Below are positions 26,086 to 35,135 of a stretch of DNA of 64,000 bases, piece after piece (the stretch's first letter is position 1; every line of letters begins with the position of its first letter). The stretch spans positions 558,449 to 622,448 of the forward strand of contig JBAZJQ010000001.1 in assembly GCA_041651235.1 (NCBI GenBank). The letters are read 5' to 3'. Made by a program: the position numbers and the translations under genes. A model generated the notes under the pieces. That model saw only the letters and a list, made by a program, of their open reading frames with translations. It did not search any database and was not told the origin of the DNA. Origin of the DNA: Candidatus Pacearchaeota archaeon. Its GTDB lineage: Archaea; Nanobdellota; Nanobdellia; Pacearchaeales; GW2011-AR1.

Positions 26086-26883
26086 ATGGCTAAAAGGATA
26101 GTAACAAATAAACGATTTGATGCTTATTTGGATAAATTGTGTAACAAAATAAACACTGCAAGTAGGATTCATGGAAATATAAATCAATTAAATAAACAAT
26201 CGAATCTTGAAAATAGAATAGGTATTTTAAACGGCAAAATAGCAGAGAGAGTAGCTTCTGAATGTAAAGAAGAACCAGTTTGCGAAAGTCTTCCTTACGT
26301 AATATTATGGGGCTATCGGGATTTATTAAAAGAAAAACAGTGTCCTGAAATTGATTTTTATTCTAGAATGCAAGGTATTTTAGATTATGCCCAAAATAAA
26401 ATAAAGATTGCACAAGAAAAGTCAGGAGAAAATATTGATGTAGAACATAAGCTTTACGAAAAGAATCAAAATTTTGGACTTAGTGATTTGGATATACAAG
26501 AATTAACTAGGATTGAAGATGAACATCGTGAATGTTCCAATGCAGTGAATAATTATATAATTGTTGGAAACCAATTACTAGGACATCAAATAATCCATAG
26601 TTTTCATCAATTAGCTGAAAGCAAAGAAAAACCAATTGCTAGATTTTATGAAAGAAGATTGACAGAAAAAGAATATAATTTATTTATAAATTCTTCATAT
26701 GAAGAAATAATGGATTATCTTTTGATTGAGTGGGAGATGAAAGATTTTGATGAAGATAGGAGGAAATATCATTCTTTTGGTGTATATAATTGGACTGAGA
26801 TGCCTAAGGAGAATTCTATGTTCAGTATTCAGAAGAAAATCGCTAAATGGAATAAAAAAGAAACTTCTGAAGAAGAATTTTAA
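26086..26883 (+). CDS. hypothetical protein (orphan) with conserved leader
   Basis: 265-aa ORF, no motif; divergent from the tandem-Lrp gene. Confidence 0.5.
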   Translation: MAKRIVTNKRFDAYLDKLCNKINTASRIHGNINQLNKQSNLENRIGILNGKIAERVASECKEEPVCESLPYVILWGYRDLLKEKQCPEIDFYSRMQGILDYAQNKIKIAQEKSGENIDVEHKLYEKNQNFGLSDLDIQELTRIEDEHRECSNAVNNYIIVGNQLLGHQIIHSFHQLAESKEKPIARFYERRLTEKEYNLFINSSYEEIMDYLLIEWEMKDFDEDRRKYHSFGVYNWTEMPKENSMFSIQKKIAKWNKKETSEEEF

Positions 26884-26942
26884 TTTTTTTCTATTTTTTA
26901 TTATTTCAAAAACTTTAAATATTAGTTAAACTTATATATTTC

Positions 26943-27194
26943 ATGGAAGGTAAGCTAATTGGAGAGGTAAGTAATTTCTTTGAACACGTTAGTGTTGCTG
27001 CTATAAAGCTAACTGGAAATGTAAAATTAGGAGCTACAATAAGAATTGTTGGGGGAGATAAGGATTTTACAGAAATTGTTGATAGCATGCAATTACAGCA
27101 TAAAAATGTCACTTCTGCAAAAAAAGGTGATGAAATTGGAATTAGAATAAGTGATAAAGCAAGAAAAGGATATAAGGTTTATTTAGTTAAGTGA
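26943..27194 (+). CDS. small beta-barrel protein resembling EF-Tu/IF2 domain II
   Basis: 83 aa; VAAIKLTGNVKLGATIRIVG...VTSAKKGDEIGIRI pattern. Confidence 0.4.
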   Translation: MEGKLIGEVSNFFEHVSVAAIKLTGNVKLGATIRIVGGDKDFTEIVDSMQLQHKNVTSAKKGDEIGIRISDKARKGYKVYLVK

Positions 27195-27209
27195 TTCTGT
27201 TGGATTGGG

Positions 27210-27259
27210 ATAGTCTATTAAGATAAATGCGTTGTTTGATATGATAAGATGTTAATGAG
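27210..27259 (+). repeat. intergenic modular repeat, locus 7 (A + B-like)
   Basis: ATAGTCTATTAAGATAA ATGCGTTGTTTGATATGATAAGATGTTAATGAG; begins 16 nt after the stop. Confidence 0.6.
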
Positions 27260-27359
27260 ATAATTAAATATGAATTTCTGATGATTGAGTTTATCTGCTG
27301 ATTTTTATTGTTCTTCGAATAATAAACATTTAAAAAGAATCCGAAAGTTAACTAATTAT

Positions 27360-27432
27360 GCCCCTTTCATCTAGAGGCCAAGGATCCAGCCTTCTCAAGG
27401 CTGTAACCCGGGTTCAAATCCCGGAGGGGGCA
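27360..27432 (+). tRNA. tRNA-Glu (anticodon CUC)
   Basis: Acceptor GCCCCTT/AGGGGGC, anticodon stem CAGCC/GGCTG, loop TTCTCAA, T arm CCGGG-TTCAAAT-CCCGG. Confidence 0.9.
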
Positions 27433-27473
27433 TAATTCAAAATACTTATAAATAAAGTTTTTGTATAATATGT

Positions 27474-28016
27474 ATGAAAGAGGTAAGATTAATTCGAAAA
27501 GAGGATCTGAAAGCAAAAGAAAATATAATTCTTGATTTAGATTCTTATGGAGATATATTCTCTGATTTTGATTTAAGGGATTATAGTGTTAAGGCGTTAT
27601 CTGATGATTTTTTATCTGAATGCAAAAAAGCTTCTTTAGATAAAGAAGATAATGTAAAACTTATTTTAGTTCTAGGAAAATCAAAAAGAAATGTTAAAGA
27701 AGAAATTAAAATTAAAAAAAGACTTAAAGAACATTTTATTAAGCATTTTCATAAAAACAAAAAGGAAATAAATCGAGTAAGGAATCAAGGGTTTATTTGG
27801 TTTTTAATAGGGACTATGCTTATGTTTGTTGCAACTTTTGTATATGAAAAAACTGGATTTTTCTTTAAATTAATTGAAGTAATGTCTGAACCTGCTGCCT
27901 GGTTTATGTTTTGGGAAGGATTAGACAAAGTGTTTATTTATTCAAGAGATAAAAAGCCTAATTTTGAATTTTATAAAAAAATGGCTCACTCAAGTATAAT
28001 TTTTGCAAGTCATTAA
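27474..28016 (+). CDS. hypothetical membrane protein
   Basis: 180 aa, two TM helices in the C-terminal half. Confidence 0.45.
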   Translation: MKEVRLIRKEDLKAKENIILDLDSYGDIFSDFDLRDYSVKALSDDFLSECKKASLDKEDNVKLILVLGKSKRNVKEEIKIKKRLKEHFIKHFHKNKKEINRVRNQGFIWFLIGTMLMFVATFVYEKTGFFFKLIEVMSEPAAWFMFWEGLDKVFIYSRDKKPNFEFYKKMAHSSIIFASH

Positions 28017-28031
28017 CTTAGAATTTTCACT

Positions 28032-28152
28032 TTTTTATAATTTATTATGACAAATGTTTTGCAGATGAAAGGATTAAAATATTTAAGATATATGCAAATT
28101 TTTATTAATTAAAGATTTATTATTTAATTTGACAGATAGAGAGATATAAGAA
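28032..28152 (+). repeat. intergenic modular repeat, locus 8 (D/A + B + C-like)
   Basis: TTTTTTATAATTTATTATGACAA / TTTTGCAGATGAAAGGATTAAAATATTTAAGAT / GACAGATAGAGAGATATAAGAA; begins 16 nt after the stop. Confidence 0.65.
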
Positions 28153-28195
28153 AATTTCTAGTTAAATTTAAAAACAAATAAGAAGAAAGAATTTT

Positions 28196-29311
28196 ATGCA
28201 CTATCATTTAATTTTAACTGAATTATGCAATTCTAACTGCAAGTATTGCTATGAAAAATCAATGAGGGAAGCAGAATTAGGGATTAAATCAAATTTTGAA
28301 TTTGAAATGAACCCTGCTGTTTCCGAAGTTGATATAAATAAATTAAAGGAATTTTTGGAGAGAGATAAGAACCCTGTTTTGATTTTTTATGGAGGAGAGC
28401 CTTTGTTAGAGATAGAAAAAATAAAAAAGATTATTGATAATGGAAACATTAAGAATCTTAAATTTAGAATGCAGACAAATGGAAAACTTCTTGATAAAAT
28501 TCCTACTGAATATTTGAATAAAATAGATAAGATTTTAATTTCAATTGATGGAAATAAAAAAAGAACTGACTTTAACAGGGGAGATGGAACTTATGATAAA
28601 TTAGTTGAAAATATAAATTTGATTAGAAGAAATGGATATAAAGGTGAAATTGTTGCTAGAATGACAATAGGTTTTTCAGATATTTATGAACAGGTTTTGC
28701 ATCTTATTGATTTAACTAAAGAGCGGTTGTTTGATTCTATACATTGGCAGTTAGATGCTGGTTTTTACAGCCATGATTTTAATGAAAAAGAGTTTTCTAG
28801 ATTTGTTGAAGAATATAATTCGGGGGTTAAAAATTTAGTTGATTTTTGGATTGAGGAGATGTATTGTGGAAATGTTTTGAAATTATATCCTTTTATGGGG
28901 ATTATGGAAAGTATTTTGAATAATGAAAAAACTTTGCTTAGATGTGGGGGAGGACATTCTGGTTTTGCAATAACAACGAATGGAATGATAAGCGCATGCC
29001 CTATTATGAATTCAATAAAAGATTTTTATGTAGGAGATATAAACTGCAATGTGGATAAATTAAAAAAAATAGAAATTTCTGAATGCAATAGTTGTAATTA
29101 TCTTAATTTATGCGGGGGAAGATGCTTGTATTGGAGAAAAGCAAAATTATGGCCTGAAAAAGGAGATGAAATGATTTGCAATACAATTAAATTTTTAATT
29201 AATTTATTAAAAGAAAAGGAAAATGAAATAAAACAATTAATTGATAAGAAAATTATAAAAAAAAGTGATTTTTTTTATGAAAAATATTTTGGGCCTGAAA
29301 TAATTCCCTAA
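28196..29311 (+). CDS. radical SAM / SPASM-domain protein (peptide- or protein-modifying type)
   Basis: CNSNCKYCY (CX3CX2C) at the N-terminus. C-terminal Cys clusters CGGGHSGFAITTNGMISACP and CNSCNYLNLCGGRC. Confidence 0.85.
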   Translation: MHYHLILTELCNSNCKYCYEKSMREAELGIKSNFEFEMNPAVSEVDINKLKEFLERDKNPVLIFYGGEPLLEIEKIKKIIDNGNIKNLKFRMQTNGKLLDKIPTEYLNKIDKILISIDGNKKRTDFNRGDGTYDKLVENINLIRRNGYKGEIVARMTIGFSDIYEQVLHLIDLTKERLFDSIHWQLDAGFYSHDFNEKEFSRFVEEYNSGVKNLVDFWIEEMYCGNVLKLYPFMGIMESILNNEKTLLRCGGGHSGFAITTNGMISACPIMNSIKDFYVGDINCNVDKLKKIEISECNSCNYLNLCGGRCLYWRKAKLWPEKGDEMICNTIKFLINLLKEKENEIKQLIDKKIIKKSDFFYEKYFGPEIIP

Positions 29312-29386
29312 TAGAATAACAAAAGATTTATAATATGCTTTTTCTTAATTTAATTATAAGTTTTAAACTTAAAAAGGAGGTAAAAA

Positions 29387-29596
29387 ATGGCAAAAGAAGG
29401 CAATGCAGTAGGAAAATTAATGAGCTTAGCTGCTTGGTTAACTGGGATTCTAGTTTCTTTAGCAGTTGGTTTCGGAATGATTGACGGAGTATTACCAATT
29501 AGATGGATTCCAAATATCATTACTGTGATTGCAGGTTGGGTTGTTGTTATATTAACAATAGTTAGCCTGGTATTAGCAATAGCTAATAAATTCTAA
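29387..29596 (+). CDS. small two-TM membrane protein
   Basis: 69 aa; strong SD AAGGAGGT 7 nt upstream. Confidence 0.55.
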   Translation: MAKEGNAVGKLMSLAAWLTGILVSLAVGFGMIDGVLPIRWIPNIITVIAGWVVVILTIVSLVLAIANKF

Positions 29597-29670
29597 TTTT
29601 TTGTTCTATTTTTTATCTTTATCTTTTTTATTTTTTAATCGCTTAATCAGAGTTCTAATTTTAATATACT

Positions 29671-29724
29671 GATAATTTATTAGGGCATAATTTGTGCAGA
29701 TGAGAAGATTAAGAGGTTTATAGG
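29671..29724 (+). repeat. intergenic modular repeat, locus 9 (A+B)
   Basis: GATAATTTATTAGGGCAT / TTTGTGCAGATGAGAAGATTAAGAGGTTTATAGG. Confidence 0.7.
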
Positions 29725-29782
29725 ATTATCAAAAATTTTTATTTTAAGAAAGTTTTATAAATGTTTATTTCTTTAAAGTTTT

Positions 29783-30436
29783 ATGAAAAAGAGTTTAATG
29801 ATATTTGTTTTAGGAGTTTTATTAATTGGATTAGTCTTAGCTGCTCAAGGAAATGGTAATTCTGTTGTTAGTGGAAATAACGCAGTTCAGAATAATGAAG
29901 AAAACCAAGAAAGTAATCTGGGAGAAAATAATCAAATACAAGATATGATTTCAAATAAACTTATGGCTGGAGAATATGAGACTGAAAATGGAAAAAAACT
30001 TAAAATTCAATTGAAGGATAACAATAAAATTCAGTTAAGAGTGAGAAATGTTTCTGCTGACTGTGATTGTAATCTAACTCAGGAGAAAGTCCAGAATAAA
30101 ACTAAATTAAAAATGCAGTTAAGTAATGGTATAAATTCAGAAATTAAAATTATGCCTGATGTTGCAAGTGAAACTGCATTAGCTAGATTAAGATTAAGGG
30201 TCTGTAATGAATCTAATAATTGCACCCTGCAGTTAAAAGAGGTTGGAAATGGAGAAAAAACCAAAGCTATATATGAAATTCAAATTGAGAGACATTCAAG
30301 AATTTTGGGGATATTCCAAGCTAAAATGCAGAATAGAGTCCAGGTAGATGCTGAAAATGGAGAAGTTATTCAAGCTAAAAAACCTTGGTGGGCTTTTTTA
30401 GCAACTGAACCAGAAGAAGAAATCTCTGTTGATTAA
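29783..30436 (+). CDS. secreted protein, unknown function
   Basis: Signal peptide MKKSLMIFVLGVLLIGLVLAAQG; C-terminal KKPWWAFLA motif. Confidence 0.5.
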   Translation: MKKSLMIFVLGVLLIGLVLAAQGNGNSVVSGNNAVQNNEENQESNLGENNQIQDMISNKLMAGEYETENGKKLKIQLKDNNKIQLRVRNVSADCDCNLTQEKVQNKTKLKMQLSNGINSEIKIMPDVASETALARLRLRVCNESNNCTLQLKEVGNGEKTKAIYEIQIERHSRILGIFQAKMQNRVQVDAENGEVIQAKKPWWAFLATEPEEEISVD

Positions 30437-30552
30437 AAGAATTATAATCTATTAGATAATTTATGAAGACATTCATTTCTTTGAGGAGAGGGAGACATTA
30501 ATAAAACTTGATTTTTCGTTAGTTTTATTAATATGCATATTTTATTCATAAT

Positions 30553-33171
30553 ATGGATTGGCATGCATTATCTGAAAAAGAGGTATTTGAAGAACTGAAT
30601 TCTAGTTTAAAAGGTCTTAATGAAGAAGAAGTGGATAAAAGACTTCATCAATATGGGCACAATGTTTTGAAAAAAACAAAGCACTTTGATGCACTTAAAA
30701 TATTTTTAAATCAATTTAAATCCTTTTTAATTTTAATTTTAATTTTTGCAGCTATATTATCTATTTTTATGAAATCTCTTGTAGATTCTATTGTTATTTT
30801 TGCTATTTTGATTTTAAATGCAGGCTTAGGTTTTACTCAGGAGTACAAAGCAGAAAAGGCAATTGAGCAACTAAAAAAGATGATGGTTTCTGAAGCAAAA
30901 ATTATTCGAGGAGGAAAAATAATGAAGATCGATTCTAAGTATCTTGTTCCAGGAGATATTCTTGTTTTAGATGAAGGAGATAAGATTATGGCAGATGCAA
31001 GAGTAATCGAATCAGACGGGTTAAATGTCAATGAATCTGCTTTGACAGGAGAAAGTGTGCCTATATTAAAAATCAGCAAAAAGATCAGCTTAAAGACTGC
31101 TTTAGCAGAAAGAATAGATATGGTTTATCAAGGAACTTCTGTTGTTTCTGGTTCTGGAAAAGCGGTTGTTGTAAATACTGGAATGACGAGTGAATTTGGA
31201 AGGATTTCTGAGCTTGTTCAAGAGATTAAATCTGAAGAGAATCCATTTAAAGAAAAATTAGATAATTTTGCAAAGAAAATAGGAATTATTATTTTATTTT
31301 TATCTGCATTAATTGTTGTATTATTAGTCTGGAATGGAATTGAAGTCTTTCAATCACTTTTAGTTGCAGTTAGTTTAGCTGTTGCCGCAATACCTGAAGG
31401 ATTGCCTGCTGTTGTTTCTTTAGGACTCGCTTTTGCAACAAAAAGAATGCTTGCACATAAGGTTTTAGTTAGAAAACTTCCTGCTTCTGAAACTTTAGGG
31501 AGAGTAACTGTTATTTGTACAGATAAAACAGGGACTTTAACACAAGAGAGAATGAGAGTAACTGAGATTTATTCGAATGGAGATTTTAATTCTAAAAAAG
31601 GAAGCGAATTACTTTTTAAAATAGGAATCTTATGCAATAAAGCTAGACAGGAGATAAATGGAAAAGAAGAATATCTTATTGGAGACCCTACTGAACAATC
31701 TTTAATTATTGCTGCTAAAGAGAATTTTTTAAATAAAAAAGAGTTAACTGAAAAAAATCCTAAGTTTAAAGAATTTCCATTTAATTCAACCAGAAAAATG
31801 ATGTCAGTAATCAGAAAAACAGATAATAAATTAATAAGTTATGTTAAAGGGGCTCCTGAAAAAATTTTATCCAAATCTAATTATGAGTTTATTAATGATC
31901 GGACAATAAGATTAACTGAAGATAGAAGAAAGGAATTAACAGAATCTTATGAGAAAATGGCTAAAAAAGGACTTAGAGTATTAGGTTTTTCTTATAAAGT
32001 TGTTGGAAAAGAAAACATTTCAGAAGAAGAAGCAGAAAGTAATTTAATTTTTGTGGGTTTTCAAGGAATGATTGATCCTCCAAGACAAGAAGTAGAAAAT
32101 GCAATAAAATTATGCAAGGATGCAGGAATTAAAGTTTTAATGATTACTGGAGATAATAAGTTAACTGCAACTGCAGTTGCAAGTGAAATTGGATTGCATG
32201 GAAAAACAATTGATTCAAAAGAACTTGCAGAAATGAGTGATTATCAGTTATTTAATGAAATTAATAATATAGCTGTTTTTTCAAGAAGTTCTCCTGAAAG
32301 CAAATTGAGAATTATTAATATTCTGAAAAAGAAAAATGAAATTGTTGCAATGACTGGGGATGGGGTTAATGATGTTTTGGCTTTGAAAAGAGCAGATATT
32401 GGTATCGCAATGGGGATAAGAGGAACAGATGTTGCCAGAGACTCTTCAGATATTGTGCTTTTAGATGATAATTTTGCCTCAATTGTTAATGGGATTAAAG
32501 AAGGAAGAGGAATTTATGATAATACTAAGAAATTTATTAAACTTCTTTTAGCTGTTAATTTTTCAGAGTTATTGCTGGTTTTATTTGTTATGCTTGCTTT
32601 TAGAAATCCTGCATTTTTACCATTATTACCTTTGCAGATATTATGGATAAATTTAATTACAGATAGCTTGCCTGCTTTAGCACTGACTGTTGAACCTACT
32701 GAAAAAGATGTTATGAAGAGAAAACCTAATCGGGAGGGGATATTGTATGGAATAACTGGATTTTTATTGTTAGGAGGAATTATCGCATTTATAATTAATG
32801 TATTAGCTTTTTCTTATTATGGAATAACTTTAGAGAATATGGATAAAGCAAGGACTTTGGCTGTTACAAGCTCCATATTATTCCAGATCATTTTTGCATT
32901 TAACTGCAAGAGTAATGGGCCTGTGTTTAAATCTGCTAAGAATAAATATTTAATTTATGCTGTTTTGGCTTCTTTAGGAATACATTTAGTTGCATTATAT
33001 ACTCCTTTAAGCAAAGTATTTTCTTTTGTTAAATTAGGTGTTCTGGATTGGATTATTCTTTTTAGTATGTGTCTTCTTGGTTTTGCTATTATTGAATTAA
33101 GCAAATATACTATTCATAAGCGCAATGTTTTTAAGGAACCTAAGATTAGTATAAATGTAAAAGAAAGGTAA
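30553..33171 (+). CDS. P-type cation-transporting ATPase (type II, Ca2+/cation family)
   Basis: TGES, phosphorylation site CTDKTGTLT, MITGDN, hinge TGDGVNDVLALKRADIGIAMG; about ten TM helices. Confidence 0.95.
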   Translation: MDWHALSEKEVFEELNSSLKGLNEEEVDKRLHQYGHNVLKKTKHFDALKIFLNQFKSFLILILIFAAILSIFMKSLVDSIVIFAILILNAGLGFTQEYKAEKAIEQLKKMMVSEAKIIRGGKIMKIDSKYLVPGDILVLDEGDKIMADARVIESDGLNVNESALTGESVPILKISKKISLKTALAERIDMVYQGTSVVSGSGKAVVVNTGMTSEFGRISELVQEIKSEENPFKEKLDNFAKKIGIIILFLSALIVVLLVWNGIEVFQSLLVAVSLAVAAIPEGLPAVVSLGLAFATKRMLAHKVLVRKLPASETLGRVTVICTDKTGTLTQERMRVTEIYSNGDFNSKKGSELLFKIGILCNKARQEINGKEEYLIGDPTEQSLIIAAKENFLNKKELTEKNPKFKEFPFNSTRKMMSVIRKTDNKLISYVKGAPEKILSKSNYEFINDRTIRLTEDRRKELTESYEKMAKKGLRVLGFSYKVVGKENISEEEAESNLIFVGFQGMIDPPRQEVENAIKLCKDAGIKVLMITGDNKLTATAVASEIGLHGKTIDSKELAEMSDYQLFNEINNIAVFSRSSPESKLRIINILKKKNEIVAMTGDGVNDVLALKRADIGIAMGIRGTDVARDSSDIVLLDDNFASIVNGIKEGRGIYDNTKKFIKLLLAVNFSELLLVLFVMLAFRNPAFLPLLPLQILWINLITDSLPALALTVEPTEKDVMKRKPNREGILYGITGFLLLGGIIAFIINVLAFSYYGITLENMDKARTLAVTSSILFQIIFAFNCKSNGPVFKSAKNKYLIYAVLASLGIHLVALYTPLSKVFSFVKLGVLDWIILFSMCLLGFAIIELSKYTIHKRNVFKEPKISINVKER

Positions 33172-33172
33172 A

Positions 33173-33481
33173 ATGATAAGCTGGATAATTATTGCAATAC
33201 TAGGAATTTTTGCATATATGGTAATGAAGGCAGTGCATATAAGACATAGAGCTACTTTGCTTATAATTATTGTATTAGCTATATTTTTAGTAATAACCAT
33301 GGGAATTGTTTCTCAGAATAATTCTTTGGATTTAAGCACAACCAAGGGATTTTTTGATGCAGTTAAAGTTTATATGGGTTGGTTAGGAAACGGATTTCAA
33401 AATATGAAACATCTTACTGGTAATGCAGTTAAAATGGATTGGACATCAATTAATGGAAGTTTTGTAAATAAAACGGGATAA
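33173..33481 (+). CDS. small membrane protein
   Basis: 102 aa, two TM helices; starts 1 nt after the ATPase stop. Confidence 0.45.
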   Translation: MISWIIIAILGIFAYMVMKAVHIRHRATLLIIIVLAIFLVITMGIVSQNNSLDLSTTKGFFDAVKVYMGWLGNGFQNMKHLTGNAVKMDWTSINGSFVNKTG

Positions 33482-33489
33482 TCTATAAC

Positions 33490-33699
33490 ATGAAAACTTT
33501 AATTTTAATAATCGTGTTTTTGCTTATAGGGGCTTTTTTTATTATTTCAAATGAAAACATCAAAATGAATAGCAAGGAGAATGTTTATCATTTTTTTGGA
33601 TTGTATGCTGATTGGTTTGATAAATTAATTGGTAATGGAAAAACAGCAAGTGGTTATGTTGTTAAAATGGAATGGTTACCTGGTGAAGGGAAGGTTTGA
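33490..33699 (+). CDS. small membrane protein
   Basis: 69 aa, one TM helix; shares the C-terminal motif KMDW/KMEW with the preceding ORF. Confidence 0.4.
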   Translation: MKTLILIIVFLLIGAFFIISNENIKMNSKENVYHFFGLYADWFDKLIGNGKTASGYVVKMEWLPGEGKV

Positions 33700-33899
33700 T
33701 TAGGAAGAAGAGATGTTAAATCTTTTTTGAAAAGCTCATTATCGCAGGAACTGCATTGATATATTGGTTCGCAATATCCATTAACTCTTTGATATCTTGT
33801 ATGGATATGTAGGGAATTCTCTTCACATATTCTGCAATATGCAGTTATATTATCTCTTTTATCCTCTTTTGGCCCTTTCATTAAATTGGGTATTAACAT
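33654..33899 (-). CDS. possible zinc-ribbon protein
   Basis: CRIC...CSSC pairs; overlaps the convergent ORF by 46 nt, so uncertain. Confidence 0.3.
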   Translation of the reverse strand: MLIPNLMKGPKEDKRDNITAYCRICEENSLHIHTRYQRVNGYCEPIYQCSSCDNELFKKDLTSLLPNQTFPSPGNHSILTT

Positions 33900-33917
33900 T
33901 GATTTAAAAGTGTTATG

Positions 33918-34052
33918 GAGTAAAGATGTTTATTAGATACGATTAATGTATTAATAATTTATTAAGACATCAGTTTTGTTTGAGATAGTTAAGATATGTT
34001 TGATTAGCTTTATGAACAAATGATTGTTTGTGTGTTTTATTATAATACTGAT
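33918..34052 (+). repeat. intergenic modular repeat, locus 10 (A+B+C)
   Basis: AATAATTTATTAAGACAT / GTTTTGTTTGAGATAGTTAAGATATGTTTGAT / GAACAAATGATTGTTTGTGTGTTTTATTATAATACTGAT. Confidence 0.7.
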
Positions 34053-34071
34053 TTTTGTATATTTGTATAAA

Positions 34072-34638
34072 TCAATTACAAACTTCTTTTTTCGGAATAA
34101 TTAATGTTTGATAAGAACAAGTTACATCTTCATAAGTTTCAAATTCTGCTTTGAATGTTTGATTTGATAAAGCTTCTATTGTTTTTTTAACATAAATCTC
34201 TTCTAGTTCTGAATTATCCAGTGAAAATTCTATTTCAAATTCTCCTGTTGTTGTTTCATCAAGATTATACAAATCTAAAGAACAAATTATTAAATTATCC
34301 TCTCTTTCTTGCTTGAAATTTTTTATTCCATATGAGATTTGTTTTAAAATGCAATTTGCATCTGAAGGAATTTCTGGTGTTGAAGTAGTTCCATCACTGC
34401 TACTTCCTCCCCTTCCTCCACCAGAACCTCCGCTTCCTGAACTGCTAGAACCGCTACTTCCAGATATTGTATTTGAATTAATATCTTCTGTATTAGTATT
34501 TATGTTTTCGTTGTTTTGATTATTATTTTCATCATCTATAATTGCATTTCCTGTTTGATTTGGATTTTTCATAATAAAAAATATTCCTGTTCCTACAATT
34601 AATACTATAAATAATATCAAGAATATTTGCAATTTCAT
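34072..34638 (-). CDS. membrane-anchored or secreted protein with an N-rich and Gly/Ser-rich linker
   Basis: N-terminal TM/signal, SGSSGSSSSGSGGSGGGRGGSS linker, Cys-containing C-terminal domain. Confidence 0.5.
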   Translation of the reverse strand: MKLQIFLILFIVLIVGTGIFFIMKNPNQTGNAIIDDENNNQNNENINTNTEDINSNTISGSSGSSSSGSGGSGGGRGGSSSDGTTSTPEIPSDANCILKQISYGIKNFKQEREDNLIICSLDLYNLDETTTGEFEIEFSLDNSELEEIYVKKTIEALSNQTFKAEFETYEDVTCSYQTLIIPKKEVCN

Positions 34639-34687
34639 ACAATAAAAAGATATTTAATGCTTATAAATATTCTTGAATAAGCTGGAT

Positions 34688-34746
34688 TGTGTTTTATTAA
34701 TGTTAAAAATAAACGCTTGAGCAACAGAAGATTAAGCGGATTAAAT
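34688..34746 (+). repeat. intergenic modular repeat, locus 11 (B, degenerate)
   Basis: GCTTGAGCAACAGAAGATTAAGCGGATTAAAT. Confidence 0.5.
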
Positions 34747-34795
34747 TAGAGATTATTGGTGAATTTAATTATTTATGAGATATACTTTTTTAATA

Positions 34796-34871
34796 AGCCA
34801 CAGCCGGGAGTCGAACCCGGGACCTTTACATTACCAATGTAACGCTACTACCAAAACTGAGCTACTGCGGC
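34796..34871 (-). tRNA. tRNA-Thr (anticodon GGU)
   Basis: Minus strand GCCGCAGTAGCTCAGTTTTGGTAGTAGCGTTACATTGGTAATGTAAAGGTCCCGGGTTCGACTCCCGGCTGTGGCT. Anticodon stem TTACA/TGTAA, loop TTGGTAA. Confidence 0.9.
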
Positions 34872-34985
34872 ATATTTATTTTTTATTAGCTAAGTATTTA
34901 TAATTTATTAAAAATGCTTGTATTTCTATGTAAGTAAATGTATTTCTATAGAAATATTTAAAAAGGGAGAAAACTTCTTTCTTTT

Positions 34986-35135
34986 ATGCAAAAAAAGGTG
35001 ACTCTTAGCTTAGATTCTGAAACATATCAAAAATTCCAGGAATTTTGTGAAGAAAATGATATTATGCTTTCTAAAAGAATTGAGAGATTAATTAACAAAC
35101 ATTTAGAAGAAAATAAAAAAGGAGGAAAAAAATGA
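34986..35135 (+). CDS. ribbon-helix-helix (CopG-like) small protein
   Basis: Below the ORF-track cutoff. MQKKVTLSLDSETYQKFQEFCEENDIMLSKRIERLINKHLEE has an RHH pattern (beta strand VTLSLD plus two helices). Its stop overlaps the next start (ATGA). Confidence 0.5.
   Translation: MQKKVTLSLDSETYQKFQEFCEENDIMLSKRIERLINKHLEENKKGGKK

Noticed and set aside
25957-26187. 76-aa minus-strand ORF, and similarly 5111..5365 on the plus strand
   Set aside because: They overlap the conserved leader and the start of the better-supported orphan genes on the opposite strand. Their hydrophobic, low-complexity translation comes from T-rich DNA.
26747-27112. ORFs 26747..26929 (+) and 26915..27112 (-)
   Set aside because: They overlap the 3' end of gene 26086..26883 and the body of gene 26943..27194 respectively, and are low complexity.
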